This document shows positions 10,171 to 20,856 of a stretch of 64,000 nt of DNA, one piece after another (the first letter of the stretch is position 1; each line of letters opens with the position of its first letter). Origin of the DNA: Macrostomum lignano (taxonomy: Eukaryota); contig NIVC01001896.1 of the NCBI GenBank assembly GCA_002269645.1, forward strand, positions 1-64,000, given 5' to 3'. The notes below the pieces were generated by a model that saw only the letters and a program-made list of their open reading frames with translations, was not told where the DNA came from and ran no database searches. Position numbers and translations under genes: made by a program.

Positions 10171-13005
10171 TCTGCTGCTAATAATCTGTTCAGCCGCTCG
10201 CCTGAAGTTTGCGTACGCGACGCACTTCGAGGCTTAGTTATTGCCGATCCGAGTTTGGCATTGATTGCCAGAACTGGCAGCTCTAGTAGTGAAGGCGTCG
10301 GCGGGGTGGTTATTCGTAGAGAGCCTCGCGGCTCGCCTACAGGCAATCGGGTTCGCGTGATAAGCGGCGGCGGTGCCGGGCATGAGCCTGCCTACGTCGG
10401 ATTTGTCGGAGAAGGACTTCTCGACGCTGCTGTGTCGGGTCACGTGTTTGCGTCGCCAGCTCCTAATGACATCTTGGAAGCGATTCGCCAACTGGCTTGT
10501 CCCTCTGGTCTGCTAGTATTGATTATGAACTACACAGGCGATAGATTGAACTTTGGTCTAGCCGCTGCCAGGGCTCGAACTAGCGACCTTCGCTGTCGAA
10601 TGTTTGTCTGTGACGATGATGCGTCGATTAAGGATCCGGCGCCGGCTGTTGGCCGACGTGGCATCGCTGGCAGCCTGCTGATGATGAAGCTGGCCTGCGG
10701 CCTGGCAGATTCTGGGCTGGATTTAGACTGCATAGTGGATCGGTTGGAAAGTTTAAGGACCCGAATTGCTACTGTGGGTGCCTGCAGGCTGCCGACAGGC
10801 GACTGGGAGCTCGGGCTGGGGATTCACGGTGAAGCTGGTGTCGGTCTGTTGAAAAGTCATCAAAGCTCCATGGAAGCCGTGGTTGGAGCCGTTGTTAAGA
10901 AACTACTGGCAGATGAACGCATTGAGAAATCTATGAATAAAGTTAAAAGACAAGAAAGCTCTTCGTCTGCCTCTTGTGCCATGCTAATCAATGGATTAGG
11001 CGGATTATCGAATTTGGAATTATCTGGAATAGCGTCTGTAGCTTTTGAGACAGTGACCGCCGTTTCTAACCTACCTGTGCGTCGTTTGTACATCGGCAAT
11101 TTGATGACGTCATTGTCTGCTCCGGGATTTTCCGTTAGTCTACTGTTGCTGCTAGGCCAAGATGATAAAGGCTGGATTCTGGAAACATTGGACTTGCCGG
11201 CGCGAAGGTAGAGGGTTGGAATCTAGTTTTTTTGGGTCAATATCACTATCTGTGGCATGAAAATCCTCCCTGTGAAAACGGTACCGTGACAAGAGTCGCT
11301 AGAGGAGCATACATGCGCAACTTTGGGAATCACTCGGCCGTTTCTATTGGCAACACACACATTTAAGTCGCTATTGGCTGAGAGCAGTCACGTGACTACT
11401 ATTCCGTCCAATAGCGGCTTACATGTGTATGTTGCCAATAAAAACGGCCGGGTGAATCCCTAGGTTGCGCCCAAGCATGCACTAGAGTCATTCTAAAGAA
11501 CTCACTAATGAGTGTAGCGTCTCTTGTGACTTTTTTAATGACTTGAACGACTGTATTGCGTAAAATAGTCGCGAAAAATTCGTCTAAGAGACGTTGCGTT
11601 AAGCGCTTAACTTTCTACTCATTCAAGTAGACTAAATAGAGTTGTTACTTTAAATGCGAAATGCGATTCTAATTCATAAAGTGACGCAGATGCGTTCTAA
11701 TTACGACTCTTCGCCCCAGAGTCGCAGACAATAAAACGCCTCAAATGGACTCTTCGGCGGCTCTTTGAAGACTTTTTGTCGACTTGTACTACTGGGACAT
11801 CTTGTCGTTTAAGTGTTACCTGCAACGAATCTGAAACGACTCTGGGGCGACGAAAGTCACTCTGGGCCTTGGTACCGTTTTTATCGGGCGTTTTTTGTTG
11901 CTATGGAGATTCTAATCAGCTGACTGGATTTGAAATCCCAATCTAGTTGTTATGGAAATCCTGATCAGCTGACTGGATTGAAAATTCCAATCTAGTTGCT
12001 ATGGAAATCCTGATCAGCTGACTAGATTGAAAATCCCAATCTAGTTGCTATGGGAATCCTGATCAGCTGACTGGATTGAAAATCCCAATCTATCTATATC
12101 CATAATATCTATATAGATATAGATATATCTATAAGAGTTCACAGTTTACTCAATGCAAACCCATTCGAATTTCACTCAGGTGGCCAGCCGCTTCCTCGCC
12201 AAGCGTTCTGCGGCCCGATCAACTCGAACTAGCCGCCCTTCCATCTGACCCGACCTCTGCATCGTCTGACAGCAGCATTCCCTGGCAATCAGCCGAGTCT
12301 CTGAGCTCAGCCCTAGCATCACTGAGCGCCGTGGCCGCAGCTCTCATCGATGCCAGATCGATTCTGAATCAGCTGGATTCTGTTGGCGGACTTGGAGACG
12401 GAGACTGCGGCGATACCATGTACAGGGGAGCGGTTGCTATGCAGAAGTTTGTTGAGCAGCCTAGCAACGCCATAGTAACGGTTAGTAGCGGGCCTAGGCG
12501 GTTGCTAGCTGAGTTATCCAGCCTGGCCCAGAGCGACATGGGCGGCAGTTCCGGAGCTCTGTTCGGCATCGGCCTGGCAGCTGCAGCCGCTTCGGTCTGT
12601 CAGTCACCATTTGATGCACGCAGCGCCATTGCCGCCCTGTCCACTGCGGCTGGCGCCATCTCGGAGGCTGGTCGAGCTCGGCAAGGCGATCGGACAATGC
12701 TGGACACTGTGTACGGTTTCTTAGAAGCATTCGATGCCGGCCTATCAGCTGATGAGGTTTGGCAGAGGCTGCCAAGAGCGGTCAGGCTGGCTCGTGATGG
12801 GGCTGTTGCCACGGCTCAGATGAAGCCTCGAGCTGGTCGAGCTGCCTACGTTGGCGCTGAGCTGTCCTCAACCTCTGAATCCGAAGCTCGGCCAGACCCT
12901 GGAGCATGGGCCGCTCTGATTATTTTGCGAACTGTTTGCCGAGCTGTTGGAGTCGCTGTTGAGGACACGGAAGCTGAAGATGCCGCGGTGCTTGGTTCCG
13001 GTTAA
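10171..13005 (+). CDS. TKFC: Triokinase/FMN cyclase (dihydroxyacetone kinase, DhaK+DhaL fusion); exons 10171-11207 and 12180-13005; no in-frame ATG found
   Basis: Dak1 motifs: SGGGAGHEPA, GHVFASP, NYTGDRLNFGLA, GRRGIAG, ELGLGIHGEAG. Dak2 motifs: LDSVGGLGDGDCG, GGSSGALF, GDRTMLD, AGRAAY, PDPGA. Donor AAG|GTAGAG at 11207 and acceptor CTCAG|G at 12179 keep the frame (ARR-WP). AATAAA at 13077-13082. Confidence 0.93.
11268..11888. mobile_element. Non-autonomous TIR element (MITE-like) in the TKFC intron, with an internal 156-bp palindrome
   Basis: Ends CCCTGTGAAAACGGTACC and GGTACCGTTTTTATCGGG are imperfect inverted repeats. An internal inverted repeat spans 11315-11470, and TCGCCCCAGAGTCG (~11711) is inverted relative to CGACTCTGGGGCGA (~11838). 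No target-site duplication identified. Confidence 0.55.
11898..12093. repeat. 49-bp tandem repeat x4 (TKFC intron)
   Basis: Unit TTGCTATGGAAATCCTGATCAGCTGACTGGATTGAAAATCCCAATCTAG. Confidence 0.9.
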
Positions 13006-13204
13006 ACTTCCTTATCTAAAGTTTGTTAGAACTCTGATTAAATGTCATTGATTTTTATTACCTTTACTTATCATTCAATAAATCACCACACTAATCGATA
13101 CTTTAGCTTTTGCGGTGGCAGTTTAACACTCTTATAAGATTCTTCTCCTTTATTCATTGAGAAATCGAGCATAGGTTTCTCTTCAAGTGCCCTAGAGTCC
13201 TCCA

Positions 13205-13735
13205 GTGTACACTGACAGCCTTGTCCCTCTATCCCCTAATGTACACTGACAGCCCGTCCCTCTATCCCCTAATGTACACTGACAGCCCGTCCCTCTATCC
13301 CCTAATGTACACTGACAGCCCGTCCCTCTATCCCCCAATGTACACTGACAGCCCTGCCCCTCTATCCCTCAATGTACATTGACAGCCCTGCCCCTCTATC
13401 TCTCAATGCACACTGATAGCCCTGCCCCTCTATCTCTCAATGCACACTGATAGCCCTGTCCCTCTATCTCTCAATGCACACTGATAGCCCTGTCCCTCTA
13501 TCCCCCAATGTACACTGACAGCCCTGCCCCTCTATCCCTCAATGTACATTGACAGCCCTGCCCCTCTATCTCTCAATGCACACTGATAGCCCTGTCCCTC
13601 TATCTCTCAATGCACACTGATAGCCCTGTCCCTCTATCTCTCAATGCACACTGATAGCCCTGTCCCTCTATCTCTCAATGCACACTGATAGCCCTGTCCC
13701 CCTACCCCCTAGTGTACACGGAAAGCCCCGCCACT
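13205..13735. repeat. 33-34-bp minisatellite between TKFC and SLC4A1AP
   Basis: Unit TACACTGACAGCCC(T)GTCCCTCTATCCCCTAATG, about 15 copies. Confidence 0.92.
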
Positions 13736-13818
13736 CTATACTAGTGTAAAGCTTATTCATTTCTTTCAAAACATTTCAGCTTTCACCTGCCATCAATTTA
13801 TTAATAAAAATCGAAAAA

Positions 13819-16800
13819 ATGTCATCAATTGATTCGGCTGACACAGAATCCAAGCAATCTGCAGCCGCATCAGCAGAGCCGGCAGATGCAAAAGATTCAG
13901 AAACCGCTTCAGTTGAAGAACCGAGAAAACCTGTGGTGTTTAAAATGCCGCAGATTTCTGCAGCTCCGGTGTTGAATAAGAAATTACTGAAACAGCCGCA
14001 GCAGAAGCAGCTGCCAGCAGTAGAAGCAGTCGAGACAGAAACTCAATCAGATAATTCCTCTGATGTCAATCAAACTGAACTCGAACCGAAGCAAAATAAA
14101 GTCACGCAGCAGCAGCAGCAGCAACAGGAGGGCTCGTCATATATTCAACCGCATTGGGGTGGCCGCTGTCAAGGACCCTACTCTCTGCAGGTGCTCAAAT
14201 CTGGCGTAGAAGTTCAGAATTTGGATTTGCAAGGCCGGTCCTGTCTGACTATTGGTCGCCAGAGCGACTGCGACCTGCGCCTGGAGCACCCGTCACTGTC
14301 CAGGTGGGTTGTCTGGTGGCTGGTGTATGAGAATCATCATTTGATAATCTGCTATGATAATCCATGATAATCCTTGATATGATAACGATAATCTCCATGA
14401 TTATCATAATCTATGATAATCCTTTGATAATCCAATTTGAGAATCGCCCTTTGATAATCCACTATGAGAGAATCGCCCTTTGATTATCCAATATGAGAAT
14501 TGATAATCCACTATTGAGAAATGATAATCCACTATTGAGAATTGATAATCCACTATTGAGAAATGATAATCCACTATTGAGAATTGATAATCCACTATTG
14601 AGAATTGATAATCCACTATGAGAAATGATAATCCACTATGAGAATCGATAATCCACTATTGAGAATTGATAATCCACTATGAGAATCGATAATCCACTAT
14701 TGAGAATTGATAATCCACTATGAGAAATGATAATCTACTATGAGAAATGATAATTTACTATGAGAATTGATAATCCACTATGAGAATTGATAATCCACTA
14801 TTGGGAATTGATAATCCACTATTGAGAATTGATAATCCACTATTGAGAATTGATAATCCACTATTGAGAAATGATAATCCACTATTGAGAATTGATAATC
14901 CACTATGAGAAATGATAATCCACTATTGGGAATTGATAATCCACTATTGAGAATTGATAATCCACTATTGAGAATTGATAATCCACTATTGAGAAATGAT
15001 AATCCACTATTGAGAATTGATAATCCACTATGAGAAATGATAATCTACTATGAGAATCGCCCTTCACAATGCCAAATGCAGGCACCACGCAGTGATGCAG
15101 TACAGCGGTGCGGCAGACTCAGCATCAGAGTCTGAGCAGGCAGACTCCACTCGCTATCCATCAGGCTGGTACCTGATAGACCTGGGCAGCACACACGGCA
15201 CTCTGGTTAACAAAGTTAAGCTGCCTCCGCAACAGTACAGACGATTAAGAGTTGGTCACGTGATCAGGCTGGCCGGCAGCACCCGACTGCTGGTTCTGCA
15301 AGGTCCGGAGAGCGATCAGGAGGCTGAGTCTGAGCTCACCTATACCCAGCTAAAGGAGAGGAGGGATAGGTAATGCTTTGCCAGCATTTCATTTCTAAAC
15401 TAGACGATTTTTTGTGTACGATATGCTTTTCCGTTTTTTGTTAATCTAATGGATATTTTCGGGTTTTTTTGTTTATCTAATGCAATATTTTCCGGGTTTT
15501 TGTTTACCTGATCGACTCATTTCCGGGTTTTTTGTTTATCTGATGAAATATTTTCCGGGTTTTTGTTCATCTGAATGAATATTTTCTGAGGGTTTTGTTT
15601 ATCGAATCAAATATTTTCCGGGGTTTTTGTTTATCTAATGAAATATTTTCCTGTTTTTTTGTTTATCTTATTGAATATTCTGCGGGGTTTTTGATTATCT
15701 ACTAGAATATTTTCCGGGGTTTTGGATGAAAAAATGTTCGGTTTTTATGTTTGTTAATTTAAAGAAAGATTTCCGGGTTTTTTATTTAATGACTAGTTTC
15801 CGAGTTGATTGCAAGCGTAATCAAAAAAGCCTTACAACCAGCCAGTCGATTTTATTCAACTCTAAATTCATGACTCAAATTTACGTTTGAGCCTACTGTG
15901 TAAGTAGTATAGATATGTCTTGTTTCTAATTCTAATATTATTTTTTTGTTTTCTTTTCACTTTTAGGCGGCGCATCGAACAGCAGATGAAGCAGAATGCC
16001 GAGCTGCAGTCACCCTCCGAAAGGGATGGCAACAGCGGCGGCGGTGGCGGCTGTACCTGGGGCTTCGCTGAGGATGCAGTTGATGAGGCTGAGGAGTCTG
16101 CTGAGCAGCAGCTGTCTGGCAAGGATGGGTAAGTTACTGTAGACCTCTGTGATACTGCTCAGTGCCCTGCCAGATCCTCAGTTGCTGGACCAGCCTCCCA
16201 GATCCTCAGTTGCTGGGCTAGCCTCCCAGATCCTCAGTTGCTGGGCCAGCCTCCTAGATTATCAGTTGCTGGGCCAGCCTCCCAGATCCTCAGTTGCTGG
16301 ACCAGCCTCCCAGATCCTCAATTGCTAGGCCAGCCTCCCAGATCCTCAGTTGCTGGGCCAGCCTCCCAGATCCTCAGTTGCTTGGCCAGCCTCCCAGATC
16401 CTCAGTTGCTGGGCCAGCCTCCCAGATCCTCAGTTGCTGGGCCAGCCTCCCAGATCCGCAGTTGCGCCTCGAGTGCATATACCTTGTGATGAAGCTGGCC
16501 AAAACAGGTCAGTAAATCCTTTTCTTGAAGAAAATTATCATCTCAGGTGTGACTGTTTATTCAACTCCATCGTGCAAGCGGCACATTTTATTATTCTCTT
16601 TACCTGCCGAAAGCAGCAAAACAGCCGTCTTTGACTGGAGAAAAGATTTATCCATACAAAAACATATTGAAATCCACAGCTGCTCCTGTCCTCTTTTGAT
16701 GCTGAATAGATGCAGGTTGTTTGCAGAATTTCATAAAGATGACCGGGTGTTGACAGTGCAGCTTGATGAAAATATGGGGAAAGAGTGTGATGTTAAACAG

Positions 16801-18915
16801 AGAGGCGGAACTGTTTAAATAGCGCAAATTTTCTTTCTTGCAGATGCTCCCATCTTATCGATTTGGAAATCTTTTATTCCCTAATCACTCTCAGATCCCC
16901 AGTTTGTGGGATAGAGGCACTCCCAGATCCCCAATTTGGGCGAGAGTCACTCCTTGATCCCCAATTTGGGCGAGAGTCACTCCTTGATCCCCAATTTGGG
17001 AGAGAGTCACTCCTTGATCCCCAATTTGGGCGAGAGTCACTCCTTGATCCCCAATTTGGGAGAGAGTCACTCCTTGATCCCCAATTTGGGTGAGAGTCAC
17101 TCCCTAATCCCCAATTTGGAAGAGAGTCACTCCCTAATCCCTAATTTGGAAGAGAGTCACTCCCTGATCCCCAATTTGGGAGAGAGTCACTCCCTGATCC
17201 CCAATTTGGGAGAGAGTCACTCCCTGATCCCCAATTTGTGAGAGAGTCGCTCCCTAATCCCTAATTTGTGAGAGAGTCACTCCCTGATCCCCAATTTGTG
17301 AGAGAGTCGCTCCCTAATCCCCAATTTGGGAGAGAGTCACTCCCTGATCCCCAATTTGTGTGATAAAGTGACTTCCAGATCCCCAGTTTGTGAGATAAAG
17401 ATCCCCAATTTCCAGGGATATCCCAAATCCATCCCAAATCCCATTTCCCACAGCTTAACCCTCAACCTCACCTCTCGGTTCCCCAGCTTCAACTCATTTG
17501 AGCTGTCAGCGGCAGCTCAGACTGCTCACTCGGAGGCCTACTCAGCGGACCCGCTGAAGTTCCTACGCGGCTGGTACGATCGGCAGGGACTCGAGGCGCC
17601 TAGCTTCAAAGTCGAAGCTCCAAACAGCAGCGGCGAAGTGGACGAAATCGACGTACGCGCCGGTCGACTCCTCTGCTGCCGACTTGAACTGCCCGTCGAC
17701 GGCCCCGACGGTCGGCCAGAAACCGCCGAGGCGCCGATGCCGCCAGGCACTCGAAAACGCGACGCCATCGCAGCCTGCGCTCTGGCCGCCTGCCAACTGC
17801 TGGATCGAATGGGCGAACTGGACGCCGATGCTGGCAGCGGGTCGGCCGGCAGCAGTCGGGAGCGTCGGCTTCGCCAGCTGGCCGAGAACGACTTCTACGA
17901 GGAGGACGAGGACGCCTACCTGGACCGCACTGGCCAGTTGGAGGCGAAACGGCGAGCGCGGATGGCTGCCGCCGCCGCTGCCGCTGAAGGTGCTTCGAAG
18001 GCGCCGTCGGGTTCCACGGCGGTGACCTTCGACCAGCTGACGGCTCGTTGCCAGGCGCTGGACTCGGAGATCGCCGATCTGGAAGCTCAGTTAGAAGCGG
18101 CCGCAGCTGAGTCTGCCAGCCGGAAGAAGTCGCAGCAGCAGCAACAACAGCAAGCAAATTCAACTTCCAACCAGCTGGACGAGCTGGAAGAGTACATGCG
18201 CACTATTAAATCTGGCGGGCTGGATCAGCGAACTCGAACTCAGATGCGATTAAGACTCATGGCGGCTAAGAAGGAGGCGGCGCTGGCGCACCGGATGCTG
18301 GAGAAGGCTCGCCCAGCTGATCTGTCCAGTGTCGGTGCGGCGACGAAAGCTCGAGAGCAGCGTCGGATTCCAATGACGGCGCCAACGAGTCAGGTGAAGC
18401 AGCCGGAGATGCAGGCATTCACCGGGGAGGAAGTTGAGTCGGATGAGCAGCCGGTTGTGAAAGATGATGCTGAGAATGCTGCTCAACACTCTGATTGTAA
18501 AGTTGATGAAGACATGCCGCAGGCGGAACAGCCGCTAGAAGCGCCGACTGCAACAGCAGAGTCCGGCTCAGCCAAGGTTGAGAAGTTTGCTCCGATTCGT
18601 CTGCAGGCGTCTGCAAAGACCAGCTCGTTAGCAGCAGCAACAAAGAAGCCTGGCAGTGCCGCTACAAAGATTTCCCGTCCAGCCTGGCTTGATGAGGCTG
18701 ACGAGACTCCTGCGGCTGTCGCAGAGTCGTCTTTGGCGGCAAATTCTAAGAAACGAAATCCGCCGCCACCGCCGCCGCCTCCGTCTCGGCCTCATCAACT
18801 CGATGACGTCACCGGAGGTTATGACGCAACAGATCCAGACTATGCCCTTTGGTTACCGCCCTCTGATCAAACTGGTGACGGATCCACTGCGCTCAATGAA
18901 AAACTGGGATATTAA
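13819..18915 (+). CDS. SLC4A1AP: Kanadaptin (FHA domain + dsRBD-like domain + coiled coil); exons 13819-14303, 15082-15369, 15967-16128, 17487-18915 (alternative in-frame acceptor at 17454)
   Basis: FHA domain split by intron 1 (TIGRQSDCDLRLEHPSLSR|HHAVMQY...YLIDLGSTHGT). Family motifs DPLKFLRGWYDRQG, ENDFYEEDEDAYLDRTG and C-terminal DPDYALWLPPSDQTGDGSTALNEKLGY. All three introns are GT-AG, phase 2 and frame-consistent. Confidence 0.92.
14335..15058. repeat. 20-21-bp minisatellite filling SLC4A1AP intron 1
   Basis: Unit GATAATCCACTATTGAGAATT; it occupies most of the 778-bp intron. Confidence 0.95.
15420..15790. repeat. ~34-bp degenerate minisatellite, SLC4A1AP intron 2
   Basis: Unit resembles ATATTTTCCGGGTTTTTTGTTTATCTAATGAA. 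Confidence 0.8.
16168..16460. repeat. 28-bp minisatellite (family also at 45.4 kb and 47.4 kb), SLC4A1AP intron 3
   Basis: Unit CCAGCCTCCCAGATCCTCAGTTGCTGGG, about 10 copies. Confidence 0.95.
16880..17400. repeat. 30-bp minisatellite, SLC4A1AP intron 3
   Basis: Unit TCCCCAATTTGGGAGAGAGTCACTCCCTGA; it is the source of the GESHSLIPNL repeat ORFs. Confidence 0.95.
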
Positions 18916-18939
18916 CGCTGGGATATAGCCACAGATATC

Positions 18940-19450
18940 CCTGTCTTACAAATCCTCAAATTTTCAAATCTTACAAATCCTGAAAATATCCTAATCTTGT
19001 AGATCCTCAAACATCCCAATCAATTACAAATCCTAAAAAATATCCCAATCTTGTAGATCCTCAAATACCCCAATCTTGTAGATCCTCAAATATCCCAATC
19101 TTGTAGTTCCTCAAATATCCCAATCTTGTAGATCCTCAAATATCCCAATCTTACAAATCCTCAAAATATCCCAATCTTGTAGATCCTCAAAATATCCCAA
19201 TCTTGTAGATCCTCAAAATATCCCAATATTGTAGATCCTCAAATATCCCAATCTTACAAATCCTCAAATATCCCAATCTTGTAGATCCTCAAATATCCCA
19301 ATCTTGTAGATCCTCAAATATTATAATCTTACAAATCCTCAAATATCCCAATCTTGTAGTTCCTCAAATATCCCAATCTTATAGATCCTCAAAATATCCC
19401 AATCTTATAGATCCTCAAAATATCCCAATCCTAAAGATCCTCAAATATTC
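18940..19450. repeat. ~25-bp minisatellite in the likely SLC4A1AP 3' UTR
   Basis: Unit ATCCCAATCTTGTAGATCCTCAAAT; it starts about 25 nt after the stop codon. AATAAA signals at ~19602-19616. Confidence 0.9.
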
Positions 19451-19954
19451 CATTGCCTAAGGTCCTCAGAGGGGAGTTAATATTTTGTATTTAGTAATTC
19501 TTAGTTTTACTTTAGACAGTCGTTAACTTATATTGCCTTCCTAATTTGTACTTTTAGATTTCTATTCTCGCTGTTCAACTTCAAAGTTGCTTTTTGCAGT
19601 TAATAAATATAATAAAAAATGTTGAAATTCAGCAATCTTAATTTTGTGCATTTCCTGCATAAAATGCGAGTTATATCTGATCACTTGTATTTAAATTTGG
19701 AAATCAATGAGTTTAAACTTAAAGTCTAACATTGAAAAAAATATTCTAATCGGGTATTACGTCAAATTAAGAAAACAATATATAGTATTCTGCTACATAT
19801 CTAGTACTTGGTTAGTAGTTATTGCCAGCGATTTATTGTGATGAAAGGGTCTGACATTGCATTAATTATAGATTATAAATGATTTAATAATCATTTTATG
19901 ATTTAAGAAGATCAGGCTGATGTTCAAGCAATACTGGCTTTTGTAAGACGCACC

Positions 19955-20850
19955 CACTCAAATGAAATGGTGCAACCTCAATTCAACTGGCGCCCCCTCA
20001 AATAAAATGGCGTCCCTCCCTCTACTAAAAATGGCGCCTCATTCAAATAAAATAGCGCCCTTACTCAAATGAAATGGCGCCCCCACTCAAATGAAATGGC
20101 GCCCCCACTCAAATAAAATGGCGCCCCCACTCAAATGAAATGGCGCCCCCACTTAAATGAAATGGCGTCCCTCCCTCTACTAAAAATGGCGCCCCCTCTC
20201 AAATAAAATGGCGTCCATCCCTCCACCAAAAATGGCGCCCATACTCAAATAAAATGGCGTCCCTCCCTCTACTAAAAATGGCGCCCCTCTCAAATAAAAT
20301 GGCGCCCCCACTTAAATAAAATGGCGCCCCCTCTTAAATAAAATGGCGTCCCTCCCTCTACTAAAAATAGCGCCCCATTCAAATAAAATGGCGCCCCCAC
20401 TCAAATAAAATGGCGTCCCTCCCTCTACTAAAAATGGCGCCCCTCTCAAATAAAATGGCGCCCCCACTTAAATAAAATGGCGCCCCCTCTTAAATAAAAT
20501 GGCGTCCCTCCCTCTACTAAAAATAGCGCCCCATTCAAATAAAATGGCGCCCCCACTCAAATAAAATGGCGCCCCCACTCAAATAAAATAGCGCCCCCTC
20601 TCAAAAATAATGGCGCCCCCACTTAAAAAAAGGCGCCCCCTCTCAAATTAAATGGCGTCCCTCCCTCCACCAAAAATGGCGCCCATACTCAAAAAAATGG
20701 CGTCCCTCCCTCTACTAAAAATGGCGCCCCCACTCAAATAAAATGGCGCCCCCACTTAAATAAAATGGCGCCCCTTCAATTTAAATGGTGCCCCCTTAAA
20801 TGAAATGGCGCCCCCACGCTAAAAAGGCGCCACCTCAAATGAAGTGGCGC
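19955..20850. repeat. ~22-25-bp minisatellite with AAAATGGCGCC core
   Basis: Units such as CACTCAAATAAAATGGCGCCCC; more than 20 copies of AAATGGCG. Confidence 0.92.
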
Positions 20851-20856
20851 ATAAAA

